The notes: generated from the letters alone by a model not told the origin. DNA of 58,622 bases from an uncultured Actinomycetes bacterium (GCA_903920865.1 CAIXNN010000060.1:1-58622); one strand, 5' to 3'; numbered from the stretch's first letter, positions 1 through 11,947 are shown. Numbers and translations: made by a program.

Positions 1-1881
1 CGCCATTCATTTGACGTAGTGGTGATGGGTGCTGGTGGTGCCGGACTGCGGGCCGCCATTGAAGCTCGCACGATGGGCAAGTCAGTTGCCATCATCACCA
101 AGTCATTGCTGGGTAAGGCGCACACCGTTATGGCTGAAGGTGGCGCCGCCGCTGCCATGGGTAACGTCAACAGCAACGACAACTGGCAAGTCCACTTCCG
201 CGACACCATGCGCGGTGGCAAGTTCTTGAACAACTACCGCATGGCCGAACTCCACGCCAAGGAATCCCCCGACCGCATTTGGGAACTGGAGACCTACGGC
301 GCATTGTTTGACCGCACCAAGGACGGCAAGATCAGCCAGCGCAACTTCGGTGGTCACGAGTACCCCCGCCTGGCGCACGTGGGAGACCGCACCGGCCTGG
401 AATTGATCCGCACGATGCAGCAAAAGATCATCTCCTTGCAGCAAGACGACGAGCGTGAGTTCGGCGATGGCGAGAAGTTCATCAAAGTCTTCGCTGAGTG
501 CTCAATCCAAGAGATCTTCACCAAGGACGGCGCAGTTACCGGTTGCATGGGTTACTTCCGTGAGACCGGCGACTTCATAGCCTTCGACACCGCAGCCATC
601 GTCTTGGCTACCGGCGGTATCGGCAAGGCGTACCGCGTCACGTCGAACTCGTGGGAGTACACCGGCGACGGTCACGCTCTGGCGATGCGCGCCGGCGGTT
701 CCTTGGTCAACATGGAGTTCCTGCAGTTCCACCCCACCGGCATGGTCTGGCCACCGTCGGTCAAGGGCATCTTGGTCACCGAGTCCGTTCGCGGTGACGG
801 TGGTGTGTTGAAGAACTCTGAAGGCAGGCGCTTCATGTTCGACTACGTCCCCGACGTATTCCGTAAGCAGTACGCGGAAACCGAAGAAGAAGCCGACCGC
901 TGGTACACCGACGCCGACAACAACCGTCGCCCTCCAGAGTTGTTGCCTCGTGACGAAGTCGCCCGCGCGATTAACTCTGAGGTCAAGGCCGGTCGTGGCA
1001 CCCCCAACGGTGGCGTGTACCTAGACATTGCCTCGCGCCTTCCCGCCGAGCAGATCCTCAAGCGCCTGCCGTCGATGTACCACCAGTTCAAAGAGCTCGC
1101 CGACGTTGACATCACCAAGGAGCCGATGGAAGTCGGACCGACCTGTCACTACGTGATGGGTGGGGTCGAGACCATTCCTGACACCTGCGCTTCGCCCTAC
1201 GTCAAGGGCTTGTTTGCAGCTGGTGAAGTCGGTGGCGGCATGCACGGCTCCAACCGTCTAGGTGGTAACTCACTGTCGGACCTGTTGGTCTTTGGTCGTC
1301 GTGCTGGTTTGGGTGCTGCTGAGTACTTGGACTCGCGCGGTGGGGCAGCTGTTGCCATTGACGAAGCCGACTTGCAAGCAGCCATTGACACGGCTCTTGC
1401 TCCGCTGAATGCAACCGATGGCGAAAACCCCTACACGATTCACCACGACTTGCAAACGATCATGGGTGACTTGGTGGGCATCATCCGTAACGCCGATGAG
1501 GTCAAGGACGCGATCGTCAAGCTCGACGCACTCAAGGCCCGCGCCAAGAACGTCAGCGTTGCCGGCGATCGAGTGTTCAACCCCGGTTGGCACTTGGCCC
1601 TGGACCTGACTAACTTGCTGTTGATCTCGGAGTCTGTTGCCAAGGCGGCGTTGATTCGTGAAGAGTCTCGCGGTGGTCACACGCGCGATGACTTCCCCAC
1701 GATGGATCCGAAGTGGCGTCAGGTCAACTTGATCTGCAAGAGCGATGGCACTGCCGTTGAGGTCACTCAACAGCCGGTACCCACGATCCCCACCGAGTTG
1801 CTGTCGTTGTTTGACCGCGCTGAGTTGAAGAAGTACATGACACAAGAAGAGTTGACTGCGCTGCCAGAGGAGAAGAACTGA
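1..1881 (+). CDS. sdhA: Succinate dehydrogenase/fumarate reductase flavoprotein subunit (actinobacterial Sdh1 type), 5' end outside window
   Basis: Frame is open from base 1 (RHSFDVVVMGAGGAG, FAD-binding GxGxxG). Motifs AHTVMAEGG, QFHPTG, HYVMGG, HGSNRLGGNSL and ESRGGH are present. Stop overlaps the sdhB start. Confidence 0.95.
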   Translation, partial: RHSFDVVVMGAGGAGLRAAIEARTMGKSVAIITKSLLGKAHTVMAEGGAAAAMGNVNSNDNWQVHFRDTMRGGKFLNNYRMAELHAKESPDRIWELETYGALFDRTKDGKISQRNFGGHEYPRLAHVGDRTGLELIRTMQQKIISLQQDDEREFGDGEKFIKVFAECSIQEIFTKDGAVTGCMGYFRETGDFIAFDTAAIVLATGGIGKAYRVTSNSWEYTGDGHALAMRAGGSLVNMEFLQFHPTGMVWPPSVKGILVTESVRGDGGVLKNSEGRRFMFDYVPDVFRKQYAETEEEADRWYTDADNNRRPPELLPRDEVARAINSEVKAGRGTPNGGVYLDIASRLPAEQILKRLPSMYHQFKELADVDITKEPMEVGPTCHYVMGGVETIPDTCASPYVKGLFAAGEVGGGMHGSNRLGGNSLSDLLVFGRRAGLGAAEYLDSRGGAAVAIDEADLQAAIDTALAPLNATDGENPYTIHHDLQTIMGDLVGIIRNADEVKDAIVKLDALKARAKNVSVAGDRVFNPGWHLALDLTNLLLISESVAKAALIREESRGGHTRDDFPTMDPKWRQVNLICKSDGTAVEVTQQPVPTIPTELLSLFDRAELKKYMTQEELTALPEEKN

Positions 1882-2651
1882 TGGGTTACAAGGCGAAGTT
1901 CCGCGTCTACCGCGGCGACGGCGAGCAAGGCGGCCTGGAAAACTACGAAGTCGATGTCAACGAAGGTGAAGTCGTCCTCGACATCATTCACCGCTTGCAG
2001 GCCACGCAAACCCCCGACTTGGCGGTGCGCTGGAACTGCAAGGCCGGTAAGTGTGGTTCGTGTTCAGCCGAGGTCAACGGCAAGCCGCGCTTGCTGTGCA
2101 TGACGCGCATGAGCACCTTTGAAGAGAACGAGACCATCACCGTCACCCCGATGCGCACCTTCCCGGTGATTCGCGACTTGGTGACCAACGTGTCGTTCAA
2201 CTACACCAAGGCTCGTCAGATCCCAGCGTTTGCTCCCCCAGCAGACATCAAGGCTGGCGACTACCGCATGCAGCAACTCGACGTGGAGCGCTCGCAAGAG
2301 TTCCGCAAGTGCATCGAGTGCTTCTTGTGCCAAAACACCTGCCACGTGGTGCGCGACCACGAAGAAAACAAGGAAGCCTTCTCAGGTCCGCGTTTCTTCA
2401 TCCGTGCCGCAGAGCTGGACATGCACCCCTTGGATGCACGCACTGACCGCAAGTCCTTTGCTCAAGCCGAGCAAGGTCTGGGTATGTGCAACATCACCAA
2501 GTGCTGCACCGACGTGTGCCCCGAGCACATCAAGATCACCGACAACGCGATCATCCCGATGAAGGAGCGCGTGGTGGACACCAAGTACGACCCCGTCGTC
2601 TTCATCGGCAAGATCTTGCGTCGCAAGCCACGCGAAACCGGCAAGATCTAG
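1881..2651 (+). CDS. sdhB: Succinate dehydrogenase/fumarate reductase iron-sulfur subunit
   Basis: Cys clusters CKAGKCGSC...C, CIECFLCQNTC and CNITKCCTDVCP; coupled to sdhA. Confidence 0.95.
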   Translation: MGYKAKFRVYRGDGEQGGLENYEVDVNEGEVVLDIIHRLQATQTPDLAVRWNCKAGKCGSCSAEVNGKPRLLCMTRMSTFEENETITVTPMRTFPVIRDLVTNVSFNYTKARQIPAFAPPADIKAGDYRMQQLDVERSQEFRKCIECFLCQNTCHVVRDHEENKEAFSGPRFFIRAAELDMHPLDARTDRKSFAQAEQGLGMCNITKCCTDVCPEHIKITDNAIIPMKERVVDTKYDPVVFIGKILRRKPRETGKI

Positions 2652-2666
2652 TTCACTAGCTTGACG

Positions 2667-2702
2667 AAAGGGCTCGGCTGCTTCGGCAGTCGGGCCATTT
2701 TG
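2667..2702 (+). terminator. Intrinsic terminator hairpin between convergent sdhB and mutT
   Basis: GGCTCGGCTGC-TTCG-GCAGTCGGGCC stem (with G-U pairs, cUUCGg loop) at 2671-2696, followed by ATTTT and preceded by AAA. Confidence 0.8.
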
Positions 2703-2706
2703 CTTG

Positions 2707-3117
2707 CTACTGCATTCTCAACTGATCCACGAGGACTTGAACGATCGGCAGGTCCGCGGGCAACCAGTCAACATCAAACCAATGTCCGGGTTCGAGCCAT
2801 TGCAAGATGTCGTGGTCTTCCAAAGGCTGCGGCTCACCACTGATGATCTGTGCCTTCCATAGGCGTAAAACAAAGTTCGGACCTAGTTGCCAATCGGCAC
2901 CGACTTGTTCGCCGACTGTGATCTCCACGCCTAGCTCTTCCATAATCTCGCGATGCAAACCTTGAAGGTCGGTTTCGCCTTCCTCGACCTTGCCGCCGGG
3001 GAATTCCCACTTGCCCGCCACGTGCAACGGCAACGTGCGCCGAGCGCTGAGCAACCAGCCACGGTCATCGAAGATGGCCGCACCGGCGACAACAGTTACG
3101 GGCCGTGAATCAGACAT
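2707..3117 (-). CDS. mutT: NUDIX hydrolase, MutT-like (d)NTP pyrophosphohydrolase
   Basis: Nudix box GKWEFPGGKVEEGETDLQGLHREIMEELG and C-terminal WLPAD. ATG at 3117 overlaps the ychF stop. Confidence 0.8.
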   Translation of the reverse strand: MSDSRPVTVVAGAAIFDDRGWLLSARRTLPLHVAGKWEFPGGKVEEGETDLQGLHREIMEELGVEITVGEQVGADWQLGPNFVLRLWKAQIISGEPQPLEDHDILQWLEPGHWFDVDWLPADLPIVQVLVDQLRMQ

Positions 3118-4183
3118 TAAAGCGAAACTCGACGACGTCGCCGTCGGCCATGATGTATTCCTTGCCTTCCATGCGCACCTTGCCACGCGATTTGGCTTCA
3201 GCCATGGAACCGGCTTCTACTAAATCAGCGAAGGACACGATCTCGGCCTTGATAAAGCCGCGCTCAAAGTCGGTGTGAATCACACCAGCGGCTTGGGGAG
3301 CCGTTGCACCCACCGGAATGGTCCAGGCGCGGGCTTCTTTAGGTCCAGCCGTCAGATAGGTCTGCAAGCCCAGGGTGTTAAAGCCAATACGTGCGAGTTG
3401 ATCGAGCCCAGATTCTGCTTGACCGATGGACTGCAAAAGCTCCAAGGCCTCAGCTGCATCAAGTTCTACTAACTCGGACTCAATCTTGGCGTCCAAGAAG
3501 ATCGCTTCCGCCGGTGCAACCAACGCACGCAGCTCTTCTTTGAGGTCATCGTTGGCCAGTTCCGTGTCATCCATGTTGAACACGTACAGGAACGGCTTGG
3601 ACGTCAACAAAAACAGTTCCTTGAGCGGCTCCGGATCAAGACCGGAAGCGAAAACCGTGACTCCCGAGTCCAATGCAGCCTTTGCCTTTTCAATGACCTC
3701 GAGTGCCTCGACGCGGTCCTTGTTTACGCGCGCTTCTTTTTGCAAACGCGGGATCGCCTTTTCAATACTTTGCAAGTCCGCAAGGATCAATTCAGTGTTG
3801 ATCGTTTCAATGTCATCAGAGGGCGAGACGCGACCATCAACGTGCACAACGTCGGGGTCAGTGAACACACGAATGACTTGACAGATCGCATCGGCTTCAC
3901 GAATGTTGGCCAAGAACTTGTTGCCCAGTCCAGCACCTTCGCTAGCGCCCTTGACGATGCCAGCGATGTCGACAAACTCCACGGTTGCGGGTAGTTCACG
4001 CTCGGAGCTAAAAATCCCTGCCAACGCACCCAGCCGGGAATCGGGCACTGGCACGACACCGACGTTGGGTTCGATGGTGGCGAAGGGGTAATTAGCGGCC
4101 AACACATCGTTCTTAGTCAACGCATTAAAGAGGGTCGATTTGCCCACATTGGGCAGTCCCACAATGCCGATTTGAAGGGTCAC
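3110..4183 (-). CDS. ychF: Redox-regulated ribosome-binding ATPase YchF
   Basis: GIVGLPNVGKST, ANYPFATIEPN, DIAG and the C-terminal TGS domain (IHTDFERGFI...FRFNV). GTG at 4183 lies 7 nt after TAGACT. Confidence 0.97.
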   Translation of the reverse strand: MTLQIGIVGLPNVGKSTLFNALTKNDVLAANYPFATIEPNVGVVPVPDSRLGALAGIFSSERELPATVEFVDIAGIVKGASEGAGLGNKFLANIREADAICQVIRVFTDPDVVHVDGRVSPSDDIETINTELILADLQSIEKAIPRLQKEARVNKDRVEALEVIEKAKAALDSGVTVFASGLDPEPLKELFLLTSKPFLYVFNMDDTELANDDLKEELRALVAPAEAIFLDAKIESELVELDAAEALELLQSIGQAESGLDQLARIGFNTLGLQTYLTAGPKEARAWTIPVGATAPQAAGVIHTDFERGFIKAEIVSFADLVEAGSMAEAKSRGKVRMEGKEYIMADGDVVEFRFNV

Positions 4184-4262
4184 GGGAAGCAGTCTAGGCG
4201 GGCCGACTTGCGCCACTTTCAACCGACTGCGCATTGTCGGATCTACCTGCCAAGATCAAGGC

Positions 4263-5540
4263 ATGGGAATTGTTGCGATCATCATTGTTGGACTCATTGC
4301 TATCTGCGCCGGAATTGCTATCGGCTACTTACTCGGGCGCAATTCAAGCGCTACTGAACTCTCCAAAGCCCGAAGCGAAGTAGCCGTGGCCACAGCCAGG
4401 CTCACCGATGCGCAAACAAACCAAGACCAAGCCAAGACGCAGTTTGTGGCACTGGCCGCTGATGCGCTCAAGGCAAACACCGAATCGTTTCTCGACTTTG
4501 CCGAAGAGCGCCTCAAGCGCACCGAACAAACCAACGCCACCGAATTGGACAAGCAGCAAAAAGCGGTCGAGAACTTGATGAAGCCCATCAAGGAAAGTTT
4601 GGACAAGGTCGGCACCGAACTTCACGACCTAGAACTTAAGCGCGTTGAGGCATACACCGAACTCAAGGAGCAGGTCTCGTCTGTTCAAACCAACAGTGAA
4701 GGCTTGAAGAAGGAAACAGCATCGCTGGTGCAGGCACTGCGTGCACCACAAACCCGCGGCCAATGGGGTGAGCTTCAGCTCAAGCGCCTGATGGAAATTG
4801 CTGGGATGACGGAAGGCCACAACTACAAACTGCAACAAAACACGGTCAGTGCTGATGGCCGGTCCCTGCGACCGGACATGATCGTCTACCTCCAAGGTGG
4901 ACGCAATGTTGTCGTTGACTCAAAGGTTGTCCTCACGGCGATCCTGGAGGCCAACGAAAGCAGCGATGCTGATGTCATCGAATCAAAACTTCGTGATCAC
5001 GCAAAGAATCTGCGCAAACATGTCGAAAACTTGACCTCCAAGCAATACGAGAAGGAAGTTGACGGCACTCCCGAATTCGTCATCCTGTTCTTGGCCACGG
5101 AAGCTTTCCTTGCCCCAGCTCTAGAACGCGACAAGGATCTTCTTGAGGATGCATTCAACAAGGGCGTAATCATTGCCACCCCGACGACGTTGATTTCCAT
5201 GCTGAAGTCAATCAACTTTGCCTCACAACAGGAGAAGTTGTCTGAGAACGCCAAAGAGATTCAAAAGCACGGCAAGGACCTCTACAACTCACTGATTGCT
5301 CTTAGTGGCCACATAGCCAAACTGGGACGCTCCATCAACACCGTGGTGGGCGACTTCAACAAGACTGTGGGATCGGTGGAAAAAAACGTCTTCTCGAAAG
5401 CCAACAAGCTCAAGGAGCTCGGTGCAGGTGGCGGCGAACTCGAACAGCCTCTGGTGGTTGACGACTCCGCCAAGCTATTTTCCAACTCCGAACTGGGCGA
5501 ACTCCCCGACGAGCCAACCCAAATCCGACTCGTCGATTAA
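4263..5540 (+). CDS. rmuC: DNA recombination protein RmuC
   Basis: N-terminal TM helix, coiled coil, RGQWGELQL, RPD...VVVDSK nuclease-like motif, ATPTTL. Confidence 0.92.
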   Translation: MGIVAIIIVGLIAICAGIAIGYLLGRNSSATELSKARSEVAVATARLTDAQTNQDQAKTQFVALAADALKANTESFLDFAEERLKRTEQTNATELDKQQKAVENLMKPIKESLDKVGTELHDLELKRVEAYTELKEQVSSVQTNSEGLKKETASLVQALRAPQTRGQWGELQLKRLMEIAGMTEGHNYKLQQNTVSADGRSLRPDMIVYLQGGRNVVVDSKVVLTAILEANESSDADVIESKLRDHAKNLRKHVENLTSKQYEKEVDGTPEFVILFLATEAFLAPALERDKDLLEDAFNKGVIIATPTTLISMLKSINFASQQEKLSENAKEIQKHGKDLYNSLIALSGHIAKLGRSINTVVGDFNKTVGSVEKNVFSKANKLKELGAGGGELEQPLVVDDSAKLFSNSELGELPDEPTQIRLVD

Positions 5541-5637
5541 GGCTGCGCGCCCATCACATCGGCTAGCGCATGATCTGAGGTTGAAATACCGGCCGGCTTT
5601 CACGAAAGTGTGCGGCTAGGGCACTAGCGTTGCCTAG

Positions 5638-6096
5638 GTGTCCACGAGCCTTCCACCGGAGCTTTCACCGCGAGCGAGCGCAACTAGACCACAGCGTGCT
5701 CGCGCTCAGAGCTCAACCACCATCAAATCCCCAGGCCTAACCCTGACCGGTCTGATTGTTGTTTGTCTCGTCCCCACGGCTGTGGTCATGCTCGCAAGTG
5801 CGGCACTGTTCAGCGGGGTCGGTGGGTTTGCCAACCTGGTCTTTGCTGTTGTGAGTATTTTCGCAGCAGTGCGGATTAAGCGCAGTGAGTTTTTTGCCGC
5901 CATCATTGCTCCGCCACTGATCTATGCCGCATCGCTGATCATCGCCAGCGGAGCACTGAGTGGAAAATCTGGCGGCTTACTGATCAATATTGGCGCCACT
6001 CTTGGAACCTATTTATCAGTGGCTGCGCCGTGGCTCTTCTTCGTAGAGATTGTGTGCTTGATCGTGATCATTGTTCGAGGGCGCACGGGGCGTTAA
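5638..6096 (+). CDS. Membrane protein, DUF6542-like (Rv1111c position)
   Basis: Four hydrophobic segments with an AIIAPPL motif; conserved slot between rmuC/ychF and ispH. Confidence 0.7.
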   Translation: MSTSLPPELSPRASATRPQRARAQSSTTIKSPGLTLTGLIVVCLVPTAVVMLASAALFSGVGGFANLVFAVVSIFAAVRIKRSEFFAAIIAPPLIYAASLIIASGALSGKSGGLLINIGATLGTYLSVAAPWLFFVEIVCLIVIIVRGRTGR

Positions 6097-6110
6097 CCCG
6101 CCAGCACTGA

Positions 6111-7079
6111 CTACTTCGTGGGACGGCCGGCTGCCTTCAAATCACGCCGCAACTCCTGAGGCAAAGCAAAAACCAGATTCTCCTGTGCCGCACTGATCTC
6201 TTCAACCGCGCTGTAATCGCGCTGGGCTAGCCATTCCAAAACCCCATCGACCAAAATCTCCGGTACGGAAGCCCCGCTGGTCACGCCAACGGTGGTTGCC
6301 CCTTCGAGCCAGTGCTCCTTGATCTCACTTGCATGATCCACGCGGTAAGCCGCGCCAGCGCCGGCATCAATGGCCACTTCAACCAATCGCACCGAGTTTG
6401 ACGAGTTACCCGAACCCACCACGATGACTACATCGCTTTGTTCAGCGATCAACTTCACCGAAGACTGACGGTTTTGAGTGGCATAACAAATGTCATCGCT
6501 AGGTGGATCCACCAGCAACGGGAAACGCTCACGCAACTTCTCGACTGTCTCCATGGTTTCATCTACCGAAAGAGTTGTTTGCGAGAGCCAAGCAATCTTT
6601 TCCGGATCCTTTACGACAATTTCGCTAGCTTCGCTCGGTCCACCCACCAAAGTGATTCGCTCGGGTGCTTCGCCGGTGGTTCCAACGACTTCTTCATGAC
6701 CGTCATGGCCAATTAGCAGGATGTCAAAACCTTCGTCAGCAAAACGACGGGCTTCGTTGTGAACCTTGGTCACCAGCGGACAGGTTGCATCAATAGTGCG
6801 CAAGTTTCGAGCTGCTGCTTCTTCATGAACGATGGGTGCCACTCCGTGTGCGGAAAAAACCACCAGGGCGCCTTCGGGAACTTCGTCGGTTTCATCAACA
6901 AAAACCGCGCCACGCTCTTCAAGGGTGCGCACCACATGCTGGTTGTGCACGATCTCTTTACGCACGTAGACCGGAGCACCGTTGAGCTCCAAAGCCTCTT
7001 CCACGGTCTGCACTGCACGATCCACCCCGGCGCAATATCCACGGGGGGCAGCCAGCAGGACCCTGCGAGGTGCGCTCAT
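6111..7079 (-). CDS. ispH: 4-hydroxy-3-methylbut-2-enyl diphosphate reductase
   Basis: [33 protein letters not shown] and SSNS motifs; start set at ATG 7079. Confidence 0.97.
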   Translation of the reverse strand: MSAPRRVLLAAPRGYCAGVDRAVQTVEEALELNGAPVYVRKEIVHNQHVVRTLEERGAVFVDETDEVPEGALVVFSAHGVAPIVHEEAAARNLRTIDATCPLVTKVHNEARRFADEGFDILLIGHDGHEEVVGTTGEAPERITLVGGPSEASEIVVKDPEKIAWLSQTTLSVDETMETVEKLRERFPLLVDPPSDDICYATQNRQSSVKLIAEQSDVVIVVGSGNSSNSVRLVEVAIDAGAGAAYRVDHASEIKEHWLEGATTVGVTSGASVPEILVDGVLEWLAQRDYSAVEEISAAQENLVFALPQELRRDLKAAGRPTK

Positions 7080-7146
7080 GCCTCCATCGTAGGGCGAGAG
7101 GGCCTTAGATGCCCTCTGCGTCCTACTTCCCGCGTAACATCGCGCC

Positions 7147-8397
7147 ATGAGCACCCCCAATTCCGTTGAGGCCCCGCTGTCGGTCAGCAAGGTCAGCCAG
7201 GACATCAAGGATTGGATTGCAAAACTCGGTCAGGTATGGGTGGAAGGTCAAGTCACCCAAATCAGGATTCGCTCCGGCTTCCAAAAAACTTTTATCACCC
7301 TGCGCGATGTCAATGAGGACTACTCGATCGCTATTACTTGCCCATCGAACATGATCAAAGCACTCATGCCCGATATCAATGACGGCGATCGTGTTGTTGT
7401 CTTTGGTCGGCCGAACTTTTATGCAAACCGCGGCACCTTGTCTTTGGAGATCACCGACATCCGTCCAGTTGGTCTAGGCGAACTGCTGGCGCGCATTGAA
7501 GTGCTCAAAAAGATGTTCACTGCGGAAGGGCTCTTTGATGCCGATCGAAAAGTTGCGCTGCCGTTCTTGCCGCAAAATATTGGTCTGATCACGGGCAAGG
7601 AAAGTGCTGCTGAGCGCGATATTTTGGAAAACACCACAAAGCGTTGGCCAGGTGTGCGCTTCACGGTGAAGAACACCGCTGTCCAGGGGCCAACAACAGT
7701 GGCGGAGGTCATTAAGGCCTTAGCCGAGCTCCAAGCCGATCCGACCGTTGATGTCATCGTGATTGCACGTGGTGGTGGCTCAGTAGAAGACCTGCTCCCG
7801 TTCTCCGACGAGACCTTGATTCGCGCGGTGGCTGACTGCAGGATTCCGGTGGTTTCAGCTATTGGCCACGAACCTGACTCACCCCTACTGGATTTGGTTG
7901 CCGATGTTCGCGCATCTACCCCCACCGATGCAGCCAGCAAAATCGTTCCTGACTTCAATCAGGAACTGGCTGGCCTCACCAAAGCTCGCGAAATTGCTCG
8001 ACGCGTCATCACTCAATGGCTGGTGCGCGAGCGCGACCGGCTAGCGAGCCTGCGCGCGCGACCGGTGTTAGCAATGCCCGATGGATTCTTAAGTGTTCGA
8101 CGCGACGAACTTCACAATAACCGCCGTCGTATTCGCGTCCACATCACCAATGAACTTTTATATGCAAGTGCACAACTACGCAGCAACCAGGACAAGGTGC
8201 GCTTGCTTTCGCCTGCCTCAACCCTTGATCGCGGTTACGCCATCGTTCAACGAAGCGATCAGAGCATCGTTCGCGGAGTTGACCAACTCAACCCTGACGA
8301 TATTGTCAATGTCAGGGTGTCATCAGGTAGTTTCAGTGCAATCGTTAACGCCATCGATGAACCAGCCCAAGCAATCTCAGAAAAGGACGCATCGTGA
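7147..8397 (+). CDS. xseA: Exodeoxyribonuclease VII large subunit
   Basis: N-terminal OB fold (VWVEGQV); [24 protein letters not shown] and TLDRGYA motifs. Confidence 0.96.
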   Translation: MSTPNSVEAPLSVSKVSQDIKDWIAKLGQVWVEGQVTQIRIRSGFQKTFITLRDVNEDYSIAITCPSNMIKALMPDINDGDRVVVFGRPNFYANRGTLSLEITDIRPVGLGELLARIEVLKKMFTAEGLFDADRKVALPFLPQNIGLITGKESAAERDILENTTKRWPGVRFTVKNTAVQGPTTVAEVIKALAELQADPTVDVIVIARGGGSVEDLLPFSDETLIRAVADCRIPVVSAIGHEPDSPLLDLVADVRASTPTDAASKIVPDFNQELAGLTKAREIARRVITQWLVRERDRLASLRARPVLAMPDGFLSVRRDELHNNRRRIRVHITNELLYASAQLRSNQDKVRLLSPASTLDRGYAIVQRSDQSIVRGVDQLNPDDIVNVRVSSGSFSAIVNAIDEPAQAISEKDAS

Positions 8398-8615
8398 CTG
8401 ATTCGCCAGAGCCGAAGTACACCGACCGGCCCTCCTATGAGCACGCTCGCGATGAACTCATTGACATCGTGGCAAAACTTGAGGCCGGGGATTCAACTCT
8501 GGAGGAATCACTGTCCCTGTGGGAGCGCGGCGAACACCTGGCTGCTGTGTGTCAGGACTGGCTGGACGGTGCCCAAGCACGGTTAGACGCAGCCCGGCCG
8601 CAGTCTGAGGACTAA
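8394..8615 (+). CDS. xseB: Exodeoxyribonuclease VII small subunit
   Basis: SYEHARDELIDIVAKLEAG..LEESLSLWERG; GTGA overlap with xseA. Confidence 0.95.
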   Translation: MTDSPEPKYTDRPSYEHARDELIDIVAKLEAGDSTLEESLSLWERGEHLAAVCQDWLDGAQARLDAARPQSED

Positions 8616-8621
8616 CGCGAA

Positions 8622-9212
8622 CTAGTTGGCATTTGCTGCCACCGAGGTCTTTGCTGTGGCTGGAACCAATGTCTTTGCCAACGTTTCTAATTCATCAAAA
8701 CCGCCGGTGCCCACAATCAGCGTCGTGACACCACGATCGGTTCGCACCAACCAACGTCGCTTTCCATCTGCGCGTTGCAACTGCGTCCACTTCTGACCCT
8801 TGATGTTCACGCTTCCAGCAGAGGCGCCGTTGACCTGCTCATCGCGTTCATAGGTTATAACTGAAGCATTACTTTGGCCGGCAGCCGCATAGTTACCGGC
8901 GGTAGTGAAGTAGCCGATATTCCATGCAAAGGGATCATCGCCAGGAGCTGACACGCGCGCACTGGTCACGCGCCAACCGGCAACCTGACCTGCAACCGAT
9001 GCCTGATAGGGAGCATTGGAAGCAATACCTTGTTTGACCGACGTGGGATCAACGACCTTGATCGGATCCGGGCTATGCCGCAAGGTGACCAGAAGCAAGA
9101 TCGCGACGAAGGCAAACACCGCACCCAGCGAGAACACCATGTCTCGTACTGTCTCGAATCCGCGTCGGCTAGCCACGCCCCCATCGTTGCTGACCGTGCG
9201 TGGCTGCGCCAT
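8622..9212 (-). CDS. DUF4245-family membrane-anchored protein (Rv1100 position)
   Basis: RDMVFSL plus a TM helix, GWRVTSAR, W-x-IGY; divergent from glpX as in other actinobacteria. Start may be 9233 or 9212. Confidence 0.8.
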   Translation of the reverse strand: MAQPRTVSNDGGVASRRGFETVRDMVFSLGAVFAFVAILLLVTLRHSPDPIKVVDPTSVKQGIASNAPYQASVAGQVAGWRVTSARVSAPGDDPFAWNIGYFTTAGNYAAAGQSNASVITYERDEQVNGASAGSVNIKGQKWTQLQRADGKRRWLVRTDRGVTTLIVGTGGFDELETLAKTLVPATAKTSVAANAN

Positions 9213-9259
9213 CGCGGGGGATAGGGTGGTCACATCGACCTAATCACCAGGGGAAGTGC

Positions 9260-10273
9260 ATGAGCCAGGACTCCACGGAGCGCCCAGATCGCAACCTTGC
9301 GTTAGACCTTGTCCGCGTTACTGAAGCCGCTGCCATGGCCGGCGGGCGCTGGGTGGGTCGGGGTGACAAAAACGGTGCAGACGGTGCCGCTGTCAGCGCA
9401 ATGCGCCTACTGGTCTCCTCTGTTGCCATGAACGGCATCGTGGTCATTGGCGAAGGCGAAAAAGACGAGGCCCCCATGTTGTTCAACGGTGAGCGAGTTG
9501 GCACCGGCGAAGGCCCCGAAGTTGACGTGGCCGTTGATCCCATTGACGGAACAACGCTGACCGCAAAAGGTATGCCCAATGCGCTATCGGTCTTAGCCGT
9601 TGCAGAACGCGGAACGATGTACGACCCATCAGCAGTTTTCTACATGAACAAGTTGGCCACCGGCCCCGATGCTGCTCCTTACGTGGACATCAACGCACCG
9701 GTTGAAGACAACGTGCTCGCCGTAGCCAAAGCTAAGGGCGAAAAGCCTGAAGATGTCACCGTGGTGATCTTGGATCGTCCGCGTCATGCTGACATGGTTG
9801 AGCGCGTTCGCTCAACGGGTGCGCGGATTAAGTTCATCACCGATGGCGATGTTGCCGGCGCGATCATGGCCGTGCGAGAAGGCACTGGAGTAGATCTGAT
9901 GCTGGGCATTGGAGGCACTCCTGAAGGCATCATCACCGCATGTGCCATCAAATGCACCGGTGGCGTTCTGCAGACTAAGTTGTGGCCGCGCGATGACGCC
10001 GAGCGCCGCAAGGCCCTGGAGGCTGGTCACGACCTTGACCGCGTGCTTCTCACCGACGACCTGGTGACCAGCGACAACGTATTCTTCGTGGCAACCGGTG
10101 TTACCGATGGCGAACTGCTTCGTGGCGTTCGCTACCGCGGCGGCGGAGCCACCACCCACTCCATCGTGATGCGCTCCAAGTCAGGCACCATTCGCGAGAT
10201 TCACAGCGAGCATGCCTTCGGAAAACTTGGTTTGTATTCCTCCGTTGATTTCGCCGGCAAGCTGACTATTTAA
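9260..10273 (+). CDS. glpX: Fructose-1,6-bisphosphatase class II
   Basis: [44 protein letters not shown] and GGTPEG motifs. Confidence 0.97.
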   Translation: MSQDSTERPDRNLALDLVRVTEAAAMAGGRWVGRGDKNGADGAAVSAMRLLVSSVAMNGIVVIGEGEKDEAPMLFNGERVGTGEGPEVDVAVDPIDGTTLTAKGMPNALSVLAVAERGTMYDPSAVFYMNKLATGPDAAPYVDINAPVEDNVLAVAKAKGEKPEDVTVVILDRPRHADMVERVRSTGARIKFITDGDVAGAIMAVREGTGVDLMLGIGGTPEGIITACAIKCTGGVLQTKLWPRDDAERRKALEAGHDLDRVLLTDDLVTSDNVFFVATGVTDGELLRGVRYRGGGATTHSIVMRSKSGTIREIHSEHAFGKLGLYSSVDFAGKLTI

Positions 10274-10282
10274 AGAGGCACC

Positions 10283-11947
10283 ATGGCAACTTTTGATTAC
10301 ACCGAGATCCTGCCCATTGGGCCCGATAAGACCAAATACCGCCTCGTGACCTCTGAAGGTGTTGAGGTTGTTGAAGCAGCTGGGCGCAAATTTCTCCAAG
10401 TCAAGCCAGAAGCACTCCGCCACCTAGCCTTCGAAGCCCTTCGCGATATCTCTCACCTGTTGCGCACCGAGCACCTGCAACAACTGCGCAACATCCTTGA
10501 TGATCCCGAAGCCTCACCCAACGACCGATTTGTTGCCCTCGACCTATTGAAGAATGCCAACATCTCCGCCGGCGGAATCTTGCCGATGTGCCAAGACACC
10601 GGAACAGCCATCGTGATGGGCAAGCGCGGACAACACGTGCTGACCGAAGGTGAGGATGAAGCCGCACTCTCGCTAGGAATCTTCGACGCCTACGAGCAGC
10701 TGAACCTGCGCTACAGCCAACTAGCACCCTTGAGCATGTGGGAAGAAAAGAACACCGGCTCTAACTTGCCGGCCCAAATCGAGCTCTATGCCGACACCCA
10801 CCAAGGTCACGAACTTCACTATGACTTCCTTTTTATGGCTAAAGGTGGCGGCTCGGCTAACAAGTCTTTCCTCTACCAAGAAACAAAAGCTGTTCTTAAC
10901 CCCGCTTCCATGAAAAAGTTTCTTGAAGAAAAGCTCCGGTCGCTGGGAACTGCGGCCTGTCCGCCGTATCACTTGGCCATTGTCATCGGTGGAACTAGCG
11001 CCGAGTACGCCCTCAAGACAGCAAAATACGCCAGCGCAAAATATTTAGACACGATGCCGACCGAAGGCTCTGCCAGAGGGCATGGCTTCCGAGACCTTGA
11101 GATGGAGCAGGAAGTCCTTCAGCTCACTGCCGAACTAGGAATCGGCGCGCAATTTGGTGGCAAGTACTTCTGCCACGACGTGCGGGTGATTCGCCTGCCG
11201 CGTCACGGGGCCTCATGCCCAGTGGCGATTGCTGTTTCCTGTTCAGCGGACCGACAAGCGTTGGGCCGAATCACGCCAGAGGGTGTTTTCCTTGAAGAAC
11301 TTGAACGCGACCCCGCCCACTTCCTGCCAGAGGTCACTGACGAGCACCTTGATGATGACGTGGTCAAGATTGACTTGAACCAGACCATGGAGCAGATCCG
11401 CGCCACCTTGTCCCAGTACCCGGTCAAGACGCGCCTCTCGCTCAGTGGCACGTTGGTTGTGGCCCGCGATATCGCCCACGCCAAGATCAAGGAAAAGCTT
11501 GATGCTGGCGAACCGATGCCGGATTACTTCAAGGACCATGCGGTCTATTACGCCGGACCGGCTAAAACGCCTGAGGGTTACGCCTCCGGCTCCTTTGGAC
11601 CCACTACGGCAGGCCGGATGGATGCCTACGTTGACCAGTTCCAAAAAGCCGGCGGCTCCATGGTGATGCTGGCCAAGGGCAACCGCTCAGATGCGGTCAC
11701 GAATGCATGTGCTGCTAACGGCGGTTTCTACCTCGGATCCATTGGCGGACCAGCAGCGCGCTTGGCACAAGATTGCATTAAGAAGGTTGAGGTTTTGGAC
11801 TACGCCGAACTGGGCATGGAAGCTGTCTGGTGCATCGAAGTCGTGGACTTCCCAGCCTTTGTGGTTGTCGATGACAAGGGCAACGACTTCTTCAAGGACA
11901 CCACCGGTCCGACGCTGCAGATTGGCACCAAGCCACCGGCTAGCTAA
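10283..11947 (+). CDS. fumA: Fumarate hydratase class I (Fe-S)
   Basis: [31 protein letters not shown] and GPTTAGRMD motifs; SD-like GAGG upstream. Confidence 0.93.
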   Translation: MATFDYTEILPIGPDKTKYRLVTSEGVEVVEAAGRKFLQVKPEALRHLAFEALRDISHLLRTEHLQQLRNILDDPEASPNDRFVALDLLKNANISAGGILPMCQDTGTAIVMGKRGQHVLTEGEDEAALSLGIFDAYEQLNLRYSQLAPLSMWEEKNTGSNLPAQIELYADTHQGHELHYDFLFMAKGGGSANKSFLYQETKAVLNPASMKKFLEEKLRSLGTAACPPYHLAIVIGGTSAEYALKTAKYASAKYLDTMPTEGSARGHGFRDLEMEQEVLQLTAELGIGAQFGGKYFCHDVRVIRLPRHGASCPVAIAVSCSADRQALGRITPEGVFLEELERDPAHFLPEVTDEHLDDDVVKIDLNQTMEQIRATLSQYPVKTRLSLSGTLVVARDIAHAKIKEKLDAGEPMPDYFKDHAVYYAGPAKTPEGYASGSFGPTTAGRMDAYVDQFQKAGGSMVMLAKGNRSDAVTNACAANGGFYLGSIGGPAARLAQDCIKKVEVLDYAELGMEAVWCIEVVDFPAFVVVDDKGNDFFKDTTGPTLQIGTKPPAS

